Origin: Ptychomitrium polyphyllum | Taxonomy: Eukaryota | DNA: 64,000 nt | Assembly: GCA_973851085.1 (NCBI GenBank) | Contig: OZ316775.1 | Span: 10,726,001-10,790,000, forward strand | Direction: 5' to 3' | Part shown: positions 1-12,954 of the stretch, in pieces | Numbering within the stretch: the first letter of the stretch is position 1 | How the letters are laid out: each line of letters opens with the position of its first letter | Notes under the pieces: generated by a model | Databases searched by the model: none | What the model saw: the letters and a program-made list of their open reading frames with translations, nothing else | What the model was told of the DNA's origin: nothing | Program-made: the position numbers and the translations under genes

Positions 1-3000
1 CGTAAATTACTTTTTTGATTGTTGTAGTATCACTGAAATCTATCAAGCATCTTAATTGATTGATGCAATTACATTTTTTAATTTCCAAAGTTGCAATTGT
101 CATTTGAAAGTAGAATGTTGTTCATTAGAATATAGATGGTCATTACTAGAAGAAAGCACATATAATTGATTAAGAATTGGGGTGGATTATTTCCATAATG
201 GAAATATCTGTAACTTCTATTCAGAAGCAACCTAACATGATTACTACCAACAATCAAAATTACTTTGTTTGGACACCAATTAATTGAGTCGTGAATATCC
301 AAAATTGGAAATATTGGAGTTTAGTTTTCTATTTCAAAATGCCCATACTTTTTTGTTTAATATGATATGAGCTATCAAATGATATGATACTCAAATAAGA
401 GATCTTACACCAAATACACTTAAATCTTAAAACAATGTGGGTTTTAAAATTGTAGAGTCGTCTAGGACTAACCAAAACATGTTATTTATCAATATATAAA
501 ATAGTGTAAATCCAAAAACATCTAAAAATGAATTTCGTAATTAAAATTGCTCATATTAGAAATAGTGTTTTCAAATAATTTACATTGCTTATAATAATGT
601 AGCCCTTCCTATGTAGGAGAAAGAGCAAAGCAGGTTTACTGTAGAGTGTTGTGCAGATGAGAATGAGGATATCAAAATGGGTGGATTTGCAGGTAACGCT
701 CTTGTCTTGCTCTCAGAGACACTGCACTAGGCTGTCCTTGGAGCCAGCTTTCAGGGGTCATTATCCCTTGTGAAGCAGCAACCTCTTCATGAATGCAAAT
801 TCAACATGAAGGGCAGTTCATGTCATATCCATTGTAAAGGGCAGGTCATGTCATTTGCAAAGTTGCTCTGGACTGTTTGATGTGAGGTATGCAGGTGAAT
901 TAACTTGTGCTCTAATTGAGAATAAGTTTTGCAATACTGTAGTGTTTATTATTTGATTTCATTTTGCAGAGAGTTGTCATTACAAAGCCCAGGCAAACCC
1001 TCTATCAATTGTAACTTACATACTGGTAGCTGATTTATCAGTATGCAATCTGAACTTTGACAATGCAATGCCAAGCATATGAGGCTGAAAGGACATTGAA
1101 AGCAATATGTTATGTTTCCTCCAACTGGTTTTACATTAGAAAACAAGTCAGAGTTTACATGTTTTTTTATTTGAATGCAGTGAAGGTTGGCAATCACTTT
1201 CCAGTAAAAAATATGATATGTTCATAAAATTGCACTTTTCATGTAGGATATTAGGAATAACAACACAAGCAAAATGAATTCCCTAAAGTACAAAGAGACA
1301 ATATTCAACTTATTCCTAGTCTAGGTTCTTAGGTGCATAATAACAAATTTTGGTATGAAATCCTGCAAGTTTTGTTGAAATTGTTGTAATAACTATCAAG
1401 ACTAGGGTGTTCTAGTGTAATCTAAACGTCCTTTTGCTTGGAGTTCTTCCTTGCTCGTGCAGCAGTTAGTATGCTCCATTCTTTTGGAACTTATTCCCTA
1501 ATTTTTCCAATCTTGTTTAAACTTGTTCAAATATGATCATAGCCAACGTCATACCTAGGCATTGAGGTCTCCTTCATGCACAACGAGGGAGAAGAACTAT
1601 GAGTAGTTTGTAAGTTTAAATGCTAGATATGTTTGTCAGTGTGCAGAATGTGCAGAATGCAATGTGTAGACATAATATGACTAAGTAGGACAACGTTTAG
1701 GTTGTATGTAGGATGTCTTGTGGTGGTGAGTGAGGATGTTGGCATGGGAACAGAGGCTGTTGCTTTGGTCAAATTTGTGCATCAGAATACAACTCCTTGA
1801 CAACTCATTTGTGGGGCACCAGAAGCAGTCACAGGGACAATTAACCACATTCACGGTTTGATTTTATCCTACCCAAATGTCATCCTATAATGTCAGAGAC
1901 ACAAGTAATGAGAGCAGATAGAACACAAACTTGGAGGCTCAACTTGCTGTTTGTGGGAAGCCAGATCACTGTGTTTCATATTGTGAAGGTGATGTAGAAC
2001 AAGTGAAGCTATTAAGGCATCTTTTTAGAAGATCAGTCACATCTTTGCAAACCAGAATGCAATTACATAGAAATTCCACATGGACAACCCAGCCTGAAGT
2101 GTGGTTGGTCTTCTTCTACAGGCCAGACAGGGACACCTTATCTATATTTTATCACTGGTGACAGGTACTGTGGTAACCTAGTATCTTGTTGAGTGGATCA
2201 GCCTTCTTGACAGAAGATAAGTGTAGTATATTTTATTTGCGCCAAGGCAATTGAAAAAACTGCTACTGTAGAGTTCTTTTGTATCCAAAAACCAACTTTT
2301 TGTGATTAACATCTTTATTTACTGCTGTTGCACATAACTACTGAAGAGAATAGCTCACTTGGAGGCAGATGTATTCACTGAAGGAATTGCCGGCTTATCA
2401 TGAAAGCAAGCTGATATTACTATGGCTGATGCATCAATGAAACGAATTGAAGGACCTTGAACATCAATATGAATGTCATTTATGATTCCCAGTAGATGCC
2501 CATGCTCAAATGTCAGCAACAATGTCACATTATGACCTGGCTGTAGCTAGGAAGAGGAATTTATCACATGCTCAATTACAAGTATCAACCTTCACATTCT
2601 CATGTGTGCCAAGAATTCCAAGCCACAATATACTATGATGAATGAAATCAACTCAGCCTGTCCTGGCATTCTTCTAAACTGGTGTTAGTTTTGAGGGGGA
2701 AAGAAACCCATATTCATATGGATGCAGTTGCAGGTTACAGGAAGAACAATTACCCATTTGGAGTTGTAAATGATGCATCTTTGTCCACAACATCTTAGCT
2801 CTATGCCAACATAGCATAAGATGGGTATGTAGAGATCCTTTCTCCTAATGAAAGGTAATATTTTACTAATTTATCGAAAATCCGAATCCAAAAAGTGAAA
2901 GAAACAAAAGTGAAAAGGTTTTAAAGTTTCTAATTAACTGGACAAGTCTGGTAAAATACACATTTGTATATAAAGGAAATATGTGTATATATAAGTACAT

Positions 3001-5052
3001 ACATAGATTTATGCTTCATGGAGTGTATGAATTGAGAAGATGTTGTTTATTATTTATTTTTCTTTTATGTAAGCTGTTGGATAGCAGTTGTATTTGGAGT
3101 GGTGAGATTTTTGGTAAGAGTATGTATATTGATTTTATATAGCTCTCAGAAGCTTTTGAAAAGACAATATGTGTAATACCACAAGCACCTCTTTTAATAA
3201 CTAGAAATGGAAATGTATTTGAAGAAAATGAACTTATATCATTAAGTAATGATTGATGTTTTTGTAATTTACCTTGGACTGTTTGAATAGGAATTTGGTC
3301 ATTAATATTTGTATTTTCAATAAATTGAAAAGTCACCTAAAAGGAGATACTTTGGAGAGTTATTTTAAAAGAGTAATTTATGGATGTATAGAATAATAGG
3401 AAAAAAGAAGAAGCATATTAAACACAAAGATGCACTTGATTAGCATTTTTGTGTTTAATGAGTATAAAGTAGTAATTAAGGAAAGACAATATTCTTAGGA
3501 GGTTTGTTATTAAACGTACTTATTTTTATTAGATTACATTATACTTATTTAAAAGAAAAAATAAGGCTTCTCTAAAATTTGCTTAATTATATCTTTGGAC
3601 ACAAATAACATATAAATGTGATTAAAGGCATTGAAGTGGTATATGAAGCCAAATATTTACTTCATTTGTTTCATGATCAAATTATTTGAAAGTTTTAAAT
3701 TCTTAAGAACCAAAATGTGTTTTTCTTGCATTGCCCATTTATTATTTGATTTAAATTTTATAGCTTTTTAAATTATTTCTTTAGAGACTTGGAAAATTTC
3801 CTAAAAAGAATTAGAAGAGAAATTAACAATGCTCTCAATTTTACATCACTTGTTCACTTATATATATTTGAATTTTTTTAATAGATGCTATAAGATACAT
3901 TTCATTAATATGCTTAATGAGGTAGTTTTTTAAATGTCTAATTGATCATTTGTAAAGTGTAATAATTATGCTTTTTTTTCATGTGTCATAGCTACTAGTC
4001 ACCAAATTCAAAAGTCCACTGCACCTTAGACTCTTGAGCCACGGCCACCGTTGCCACCGTGTGCAATTTTTTAGTTATCATCTCTACCTTTGTTTTAAAT
4101 CTTCCAATGAAGCTTGACTTTGAAAAAGAAGTTGTTTCCAAGTGCAGGATTGACCACACCTATATGATCATGAAATCGGCTCAAAAGTTGCTTATATTGC
4201 TTGCAGCAAGCAACATGCATTGCATTTATAATGACCTTTATTGTCTTATCTTCAACGGTGGTTTCTTTATTATACTTATGGACATCGTTATTTACTCTCT
4301 TAAATAGTTCTTGCCACAAGATAATAAAAAGAATTATAAATATTCCATCTAAGTTGATAACAATTATAAATAAGAGGTTGAAAAAAACCACTAGAATTAA
4401 AATAATATTGTGCTTGATAAAAAAATAACATGAAGACTTCAACAATCAAAAGATATCATGCTTCTTTTTTGCGGTGCTTGCACTTCTTGAAGTCTTTTGG
4501 CATTAGCAAATGTTTGGAATGTCTAGCTTCATTTGTCCATATTTCTTCACCTAATGTAGATGTGAACTAAATTAGTCTTCACATGGCTATTTCTTATTGG
4601 CTTAAAAGATTTAAAGCAAGAAAAATAAAAAAATGAACATTAGATATGCAAATCTTTATAGGCAAGAAAAGATTTGACACCATTTACATGTTTATATTGT
4701 GCATTGCAAGGAAAATAGTTTTAAATTGAATAACTTAATTTGATGACTGTCAGTATATATATTGTTTATTAAAAATTTCTATTCCTTTCTAATATATATA
4801 TTTGTACATCCTAACAATCAATGCCCAATTTTTATTAATATATTAACAATAAAAAACATCCTTTTTAGAATATGGCGCTGCCAATATATCTCTATTCCCA
4901 TTCTAATCTATGGTTGCACCTTTGCAGAATGCCAAGGCCAATCACATTCTACTTAAAATGTTCAATTTCAGCATCCATTTTTAATATAAATATGTTTCTC
5001 ACTCCATATTAATTTTATCTTATCTTATACTTTTATGCCTTATACTTTCTAT

Positions 5053-5633
5053 CATTATGAAAACATTACCTTTGGAACCTTCTAAAACCTTCTAGTATAT
5101 TATAATAGCTTCTTAAAATACTTTCAAATGTTTCCATAGCCATTTCTACGTTCTTAGGAAATTTCCTAAGAAAGTTCCACTACCTCAAGAAACTTCCTAA
5201 GAAGGTTCCATCACCTCGGGAAACTTCCTAGAAAGATTCTACCTCTTTAAAAAACTTCCTAAGAAGGTTCTACCATCTAAAGAAATTTCAAACTCTTTAA
5301 AAAACTTCCTAAGAAGGTTCTACCATCTAAAGAAATTTCAAAGGAGGGTTTCAACATCTTGGGAAACTTCTTGGGAAGGTTTCATAGACTTCTAGAACAT
5401 TTTTAAGCCTTGTAGGAAGCTTCTTTAGAAGTATTATAGGAGATATAAGCATTATAATATAAATAAGAAGCAAGACAAAGTATTCTTTAGTCTTGCCAAT
5501 ACAAGTTGTAGTTCATATTGTATCGTGCTTTATTCTACTCTTTGTATCAAGTTCTTATTAATCATTAGCTTTTTTGGAAGTTAATTCTTGGAAAATACTT
5601 TGGTTATGATTCTTGTTTCTTGTATCCCTAACA
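5053..5633 (+). mobile_element. LTR (probably solo, 5' end eroded) of the Gypsy family found at 45040-51651
   Basis: Matches the other LTR copies (GAACCTTCTAAAACCTTCTAGTATAT..., ~31-bp internal repeats, AAGACAAAGTAT..TTAGTCTTGCCAA) and ends ...TTCTTGTATCCCTAACA at 5633. The 5' TG terminus is not recognisable. It contains a local ~49-bp perfect duplication (about 5243-5342). Confidence 0.85.
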
Positions 5634-7186
5634 ACCATGTGCTTTCAAGAACATCCTACCTCCCTTGCCATACCTCTTGGTCCAGATGGGCACTATAATG
5701 CACTTGAGTTGCTATTGTATTTGATATTCTAATTGCACCTCTAATTTATCCATATAGAAGAAGATATTTATGTTGATGATAGAGTTCTTTATTAATTTAT
5801 ACTCCATTTTTACATTGTGAGAAGAAATAAGAGGCTATTGTTGTTGATTCCATAAAATTACAAAGTTTTTGTTGTCTCTATATTGAATTTGGACGCCTTT
5901 ACTAAACTCTTTACTCATAGTTGGTCCACTACTTCCACTATCAACTTTCCTCTACATGCTAAGGTCAAGGTGGAACCATTTGAGAAGGAGATTTTTATTC
6001 TCAGTGGTTCCAACAATGACAACCTTCTATTTGTGGATTTTCTCCTTAGCTCACCTTTACAACCCTGTACTATTGTATTTTCCACCCCTCTTTCCTCTAG
6101 TGCTAAAACTCACCATCATATGCCATTGCTTAGTCTTGCAAAAAGAATTTCTTGCCTTTAGAAGCTCAATACAAGAAGAGCCTCTAGGAATGCATTTACC
6201 AAGTTGAACTTCAACATTATAATTAAAACAACCATGGATTGACTTTCTGTTATTCCAGTTGCTTTGATCATCTTTGCTACACAAATACAAAGTATACGCA
6301 CTTGGATAATAGCTAGCGTCTTAGCACTATTGCTACATCAAATGAGGAATAACAATGCAAGTTGTAAGTCCTTGTTGTCTTTTCCTACATCAATTTTTAT
6401 TTTGATATTCTTCAATTATTATTATAGCTCTCTACTTACAATCTTTTAATCCTTCCATTGAATTTACCATTGCATTGTTGTCCTAGTCATGGGGTCTATT
6501 TTTAATAATGGTGCAAGATTTCATTGACAAGGAGCAAATTGACAAGCCTTCGTAGATAAGTGGCTTTAAGACTTGAATAAGATGAGAATTGACATCTTTT
6601 AGGCCACTTTGGACGACTATATTAGGAGCTTCATGCAAGCCATTAATTACTATTCTTTTCTAAAAAGTAAAAAGACTAGTATTACACACAAAAGAGAGAA
6701 AATTAGGCTTTAATGAGCATAGTAAACCAAAGATCCAACAAAGATCAAAACCATAGTGGCAAAGCTCTTTGAAGCAAAGGTATGGTACAATTATATTCTA
6801 AAATTTAATAACAATGAAGTATATGGCTTCAAGAAGTGTGATCTTAGTATGCTTGATGGCTCCAAATTAGACTCACATTGCTTCAATAAAGTCAAAATTT
6901 CCTACCTATACATACATAATGTTGGAGAATAGAGCATTAGATTACTTGTAGTCTTAGAGTTAGTATGGGATAGAATTAATAAGTTGAAATGGAGAGCATT
7001 AGAATAAATCCATATTGTTTGAGTGGGTCGAAGATTTATCCCATATTGATTGTAAGACTCATGTGGTTTGAAGAGAATAAAGGGCAAAACAAGGAGTGGG
7101 ATTAATTCTCTCATTACAAGCATTGTTTGCATACTTTGTGTACTATGAGTGCTTGTGGAATCATTTCTCCTCTCTTATTGAACTTC

Positions 7187-7266
7187 AATACAAACAAGAT
7201 CTATAAAGGTGCAAAGGTTTATACAAACAAGATCTACAAAAGGTTTATACAAACAAGATCTACAAA
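7187..7266. repeat. Short tandem repeat, ~3 copies of ATACAAACAAGATCTA(C/T)AAA(GGTTT)
   Basis: Directly visible repeated units. Confidence 0.8.
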
Positions 7267-7273
7267 TTTAATG

Positions 7274-7719
7274 TATTACAAATACAAGAAATAAAGAGTA
7301 GTCTCAAAATGGTTTCCAAAAATTAGCTTCCAAAGAAGTAATGATTACCAAGAAATGATACAAAGACTAGAATAAAGGCACAATACAAGATGATCCACAA
7401 CTTGTATTGGCAAGACTAAAGTATATCTTGTCTTACATCTTGTTTATACTATAATGCTTGTATTTCCTATGATATCTCTCAAGAAGCTTTCTATAAATTT
7501 TAAGAATGTTTTAAAAGTTTATGGAACCTTTCTAAGAAATTTTCTAAAGAGGTGGAACTTTTCTAAGAATTTTTCTAAAGAGATGGAAGCTTCTTAAGAA
7601 ATTCTTTTAAAAGGTAGAATGGCTATGAAAGATTTGATAGGATCCTAAAGAGCTATTATAATGTATCAAAATGTTCTAGAAGATTCTAAAAAATTATTGC
7701 ATGATCTTTGTCCGTGACA
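7274..7719 (-). mobile_element. Solo LTR of the same Gypsy family
   Basis: The minus strand starts TGTCACGGAC at 7719 and ends in a decayed ...TCCCTAACA equivalent at 7274. The flanks TAATG (7269-7273) and CAATG (7720-7724) form a 5-bp TSD with one C/T transition. Confidence 0.85.
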
Positions 7720-8543
7720 CAATGTATACAAGAATTTATTGATTTCGGCAAAGCCAAGGCTATAGAAAAATACATGCAAGAAGAAGCTCAAGAAGATGAT
7801 GCTTTTATATCCTCCAAAGCCTTTTTTCCAAAAGAAATCATCTACGTCACTACCATCTAAGAGCTTGATTATAATATCTATGAATAGTACATCACTTGTG
7901 TTAAAAAATTCATCTGGAAATTACTTACTGGAGTATACAAGTGGTGTCAAAAAAATTAATATAGGGCTAAGATTGTATTTAAGAAGAAAGACACTCTTGT
8001 TCTTACTTATAAGGACAATTACCAAAACTACAATATTAGTCCAATACTTTGCTAGGACTTTTACTTTAGTCTCAACAACAGTGACAATTGGATGAAGAAC
8101 ACATTTAGAAAGTGGATTTTGACAAGTTCTAATAGCATTTTTGATGTCTAACTAATTTCATAAGGAATAAATTTGATAAAGAATGAGATTTTGAGATTTG
8201 AAGGAGGTGGCTTCAAATTTCTTCAATGTCTCAAGGTTTTTTTTCAAAAGCTTGTCTAAAATACATCAAACTTTACAATTGACCTCTCTCTATAACTACT
8301 TCCTTCTAATTGTGGATCCTATCTAACTTCAAAATTTAAAATAATATCAAATAATAATAGAACGTCTAGCTCATTAATCTTTTCTTCTAGTAGAGCTCCA
8401 CATTTGCTATGAAGGCCAAATTTTGGAATCAAACCAAGGTTCCCCATACTTAGACTTGGCTACATCATCTACAAAATTGAATAGAAGTCCAAATGAGTAG
8501 AAAAGTTCATTGTCATGTTGTGTACATTCTTGCATGTACATTT

Positions 8544-8979
8544 TGTTACGTACATAGATTATGCAACATAGTCTTTAGAACCTTCTAAAACCTTTTGGTA
8601 TATTGTAATAGCTTTTTAGAAGACCTTCAATGCTTCCATAGTTGTTCCATCTCCTTGGAAAACTTCCTAAAAAAGGTCCATCACCTTAAAAAACTTCCTA
8701 AGGAAGTTCTACCATCTTAGAAAACTTCTTGAAAAAGTTCCATTGGCTTTTAAAACATTCTTAAGCTTTGTAGGAAACTTTTTTAGAAGTATCCTAGGAG
8801 ATACAAGCGTCATAGTATAAATAGGAGGCAAGACAAGGTATACCTTAATTTTGCCAACATAAGTTGTGGACCATATTGTATTATTCCTTGCTCTAGTCTT
8901 TGTATCAATTCTTGTTAATCTTTAGCTCTTTGGAAAGCTAATTCTTAAGAAATACTTCTTGTTTCTTGTGTCCCTAACA
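8544..8979 (+). mobile_element. Solo LTR of the same Gypsy family
   Basis: TG...CA termini: TGTTACGTACATAGATTATGCAAC ... TTCTTGTGTCCCTAACA. The flanks CATTT (8539-8543) and CATTC (8980-8984) form a 5-bp TSD with one transition. Confidence 0.9.
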
Positions 8980-11900
8980 CATTCTTAGCATGTACATACT
9001 CAGACTTCACAAAGATGAAATTGAAGTCATTCCACAAGAAGAAGGTGTGGATGAATTGCAAGCATGCCTATTATATCTGCTATATGATTTGCAAGCTCAA
9101 TGCAAGAACTATCTATTCATCCATGTTTCCAACCTTAGCTTCAATGAAATAAAAGAAGTCTTGTAAAGGAAGGTGCTAGTCATCCCTTTAGTGATGACGC
9201 CATTTTCTTTCACTTTACATAATTCTAATACATAAACAGAAATGTATTTTTAAGTTCATTTAATTTATTCTTACGATTTTTCTATATTTAATTAGATTTT
9301 AACTAGATTTATAATTTTACAATCATTGTTGTAAGCTTAAAGCCATAAATTCCACTACCTATATATATATATTTATTGTTATATTCTATTCATATATGAC
9401 CTACACACTAAAATTATTTCCTATTGCTTTTAGTTTAAACCTAGACTTGGTCCCCACATTTGCCTCTTTTCAAAATAAAAGGAATTTTTAGTTTTCTGCC
9501 TTATGGACTTTATGTGCGGATCATGATAAAATCTAAATATAATCAAGAAGAATATCTTAATAGGGTTTACAATTGTAATTCTAAAATCCACACCACAATA
9601 AAAGTGTGACCACGTATTATTGGATGTTTTTTACTATATGATAATTTCTATTGCAATTATTGTATGTTTATTCAAACACTATTCTATGTAACTTTTGGCC
9701 ACTGGCTTTGAGCTTCTTGAAGTAAGTCAACTTTGAAGAAGCCACCATTGCTTTAAAAAAAAGTTGATTGCAAAATGAAGGACTTTTGTTCTTTAAAGAA
9801 AATTGTATTATACAATTGCATTAAAAATTAGCCACTTGGAAGACATGGAAGATGCTACACCATCAAAGTATTCATACTTGCAAGTCTAAGTTCATGTTAG
9901 AATGACTAAGGCGCACCACACTTATATCTCTATCACTTCCTATATTTCAAATAATAAGAAGACTGTATCAAAATACATAAATAAATACCAACTTGAAGCT
10001 ATTAAATTTAAAATGAAAATAAGGCTTTTGAAGCTTTTTAAATACTTGACAGAATCTACTTTTAAGACAACTAGTTAACTAAATTAGTCCAAAGTTTGCA
10101 AGAGTTTTTGAAGTGCACTCTACATGACCGAGTTTTTTTATAAATAAGTAGACTTTCATGAAGAATGTGTTTTATTGGAGACCATGCACTACAATCATAC
10201 AAAGTTCTAAAGCAATTTTAAACTTAACTGTTACTACTACTTGTTCCTTTAGTTGGAACAATTTTTTTTCAAGAGATTGATAAAGTGCATTCTAAACTTT
10301 CCACTTGGCAGAAGGCAAATTCTAGTTCATGAACCAAGTTAGAATTTCTTCCTTGTGTTGAAATTTTTAAAAGTTTTTTAAGCCCTTATTCTCATTCTTT
10401 GAGCGGTAATAAGTTTAGGTCTTTTATAACTATAGGTAGTGAAGGAAAAATATCAAAGAATTAAAAAATATAGGAGATTTTAATATTCTAAATTTAGATT
10501 CTAAATTTAGAATTTTAATATTATTTTAGTATTACTTATTATTTATAAAGTTATAGTAGTTGTTCACATCAAACACTCATCTTTTAGTCACTCAATCTAA
10601 TCAATGATAAACTTGGTAGTTATTCATAAATTTGTAATTTTTACTAGATTGTCATTTCATGAGAACCAATCTTAGGGGTCCAAAGGCTTGGTTCAACTTG
10701 TTTGGAATATAAAAAGAGACAATTATATCTAGCAGTTTTTAATAAAAAACGTTCAAGGAAAATAGAATGAAGATTAAACAAGAGATGGCAATGGTATCCA
10801 TGATGAAATGGAACATAATAGGTATATAATTTTTTGGCACATATGAATTTTACAAATTATTGGATTGAATGGTTTGATAAGATTTATTTGTATAAGTGGC
10901 ATAGAGATTTCAATTTGATTATAGATCATTGAAGAAAGTTGTACTTAATGAGGTTGTCAAATGAATTATTTTGATAATAAATGCACAAAATTTGAATCAC
11001 ATGTGTGTAAAATCTTTGTTCATCAAATTTAGAAGATATAACGGACTCATAGTATTTAAAAGTGTTGGGCAAAAAGTGTGCAATTATGTGAATTTCTAAA
11101 AATTTTGTGATATATGGTTGATAGGAATGATTTTAATCATGTCCAAATGAACAACTATTATTATGGTTTGTGGATTATCTTTTGTTTTGAATTTAATCTA
11201 ATATATATATTATAGCCAATAGATGAAGAACTTGCATAACTAATTTTGATTCATTTATTTGTAGAAGTACTATTAAGTAAATTACATATTTTGATTTTTG
11301 GAAATGAAAAATAAAAATACATTAGCAACATTGAAGATGTGATAGAAGATGAATAACTAAAGTATATAACGTAAAAAGAAGTGATAAGATGGTGTAATAA
11401 CATAGAAAAAGAGAATGGTGGCTTTACTTTAGTAGATTAGTTTTTGGAACATGATACTTGTAACATTGATATAGCCAAATGACTTTAATTTTAAATGATT
11501 ATGGAAGAGGTTCTAATATCTGAAACATTTTGTGATATCACTTCTAATAATTTACTAATAATAAAAATTAAACATAAATAAAAGAAGCCACATTTTACCT
11601 AGTTCAAGAGAATATTTCATGCCATTCTAGGCTTGTTGTACATTTAATTTTTTAATTTTTATATCCAACATCAAATTATTTAAAACAACATGAAAAGCAA
11701 TTGTAAAATGTTCTTAGTATTTATGCAATTATGAAATCCATGGGGTTAGTGTGAGAGTTGCAGAAACCATAATCTTTTAAAACAACGTATCAACACCCTG
11801 TTATCACAGAACACGAACCTGTGTATTGTACAATGTACAGTACTGTACATACATACACAGCAAGAACAGCAAGCAGACGAACCACGAAACGAAAGGGAAG

Positions 11901-12240
11901 AGACGTGATGTTGCTAATTACTAACGAAGTGCCAGCTGCTGGGTCACTCACTCACTCAACTCAGTCACCCACTGGATCACCGTTACATAAAAAGCAAACC
12001 AACGTCGACACACCTCCGAATGAGAACCCAACTGTTAATGTTAAGTAACTTACACACCACACTAAAATTCAATTAAAACACCAAACAACTAATCATCAAG
12101 TTACCAGTCCCTTCACCTGGCTGGCAGTCTGTGCTGTGCTTTCAACCTCTCTGGCACCAGCCAGCTGACTGCAACCCCCCTTTCTTTTTTTCTTGGAGTT
12201 CTCACCCTTAAAATTTGCAGCTGGCATGCTCTCTCACAAG

Positions 12241-12282
12241 AGACTCAGAAGGAACTCAGAAGGGACTCAGAAGGGACTCAAA
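12241..12282. repeat. 11-bp tandem repeat (GGACTCAGAAG)x~4 upstream of the EXORDIUM gene
   Basis: agactcagaag gaactcagaag ggactcagaag ggactcaaa. Confidence 0.85.
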
Positions 12283-12954
12283 ACTATATAGCCCACCGGT
12301 CCCCCTCCCCTGCCCCCAATACATATCCATCTCTACATTGGGCATTCACAGTGCTGCTGTGTGCACATAACAATCTGGGTTGGGGATAGACCCACGAATC
12401 GTTTGATCATTGTTGGTGTCTCCATATACTAGTAGTAAGTCTGGGCCTGAGACATAACATCTCAAGTTTGTTTGAGAGCTTGCAACGGCTTGAAGGTCAA
12501 GTCTTTCACATCACAAGTTGAATTGTCTTGTGAACCCCGGCAGGGACTGGTACAGTTTCCAGCTGTGGATTGCGTGTGACCTGTGGTGAGCTATTTATGT
12601 AGGCGCACTTGAGAGTAGTCAGTACGAGGGAGAAGACGATCATCGAGAGCTGGCTCTTCGTGTTTGTAGCTCTACTGTGACTGTAGGTCTTGCTTGCAGC
12701 TTCAAGCTTTCTTTTTCTGTCTGCTGGTTCTCTATAAGGTAGCTCAGTGGTAGTGACATTGTGTTATATACACATGCAACGTTTGAGTGGTGGTGAGGTT
12801 TCTTCTTGCACTTGAAAGATTAATGTCAATTAGTTTTTGAGTGTTCCTTCTTTGTTGTCAACAATTCTTGACCTCCTAGTTCTCTTGATACCTGTAGTGG
12901 TTTCGAGTTTTTACATCGTTTAGGCTTCTTCAGTGTATCTGCAATCTTGCATCG

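Noticed and set aside
2090..2160. TGTPYL motif suggesting ribonucleotide reductase large subunit
   Set aside because: The flanking RNR motifs (KD.CN, SNLCTE) are absent.
3995..4050. Minus-strand GTGGCCGTGGCTCAAGAGTCTAAGGTGCAGTGGACTTTTGAA resembling a tRNA-Ser/Leu 5' half or SINE head
   Set aside because: No pairing anticodon stem, T-arm or B-box. The similarity is too weak to call.
5640..8540. Sequence between the LTRs at 5053 and 8544 as the internal region of one element
   Set aside because: The 8544 LTR has its own TSD, and no PBS, PPT or ordered gag-pol could be read. It is probably older unrelated TE debris.
10270..10900. Possible LINE RT C-terminal relic (DKVHSKLSTWQK...)
   Set aside because: Only one short motif, with no further recognisable RT/endonuclease motifs, poly(A) or TSD.
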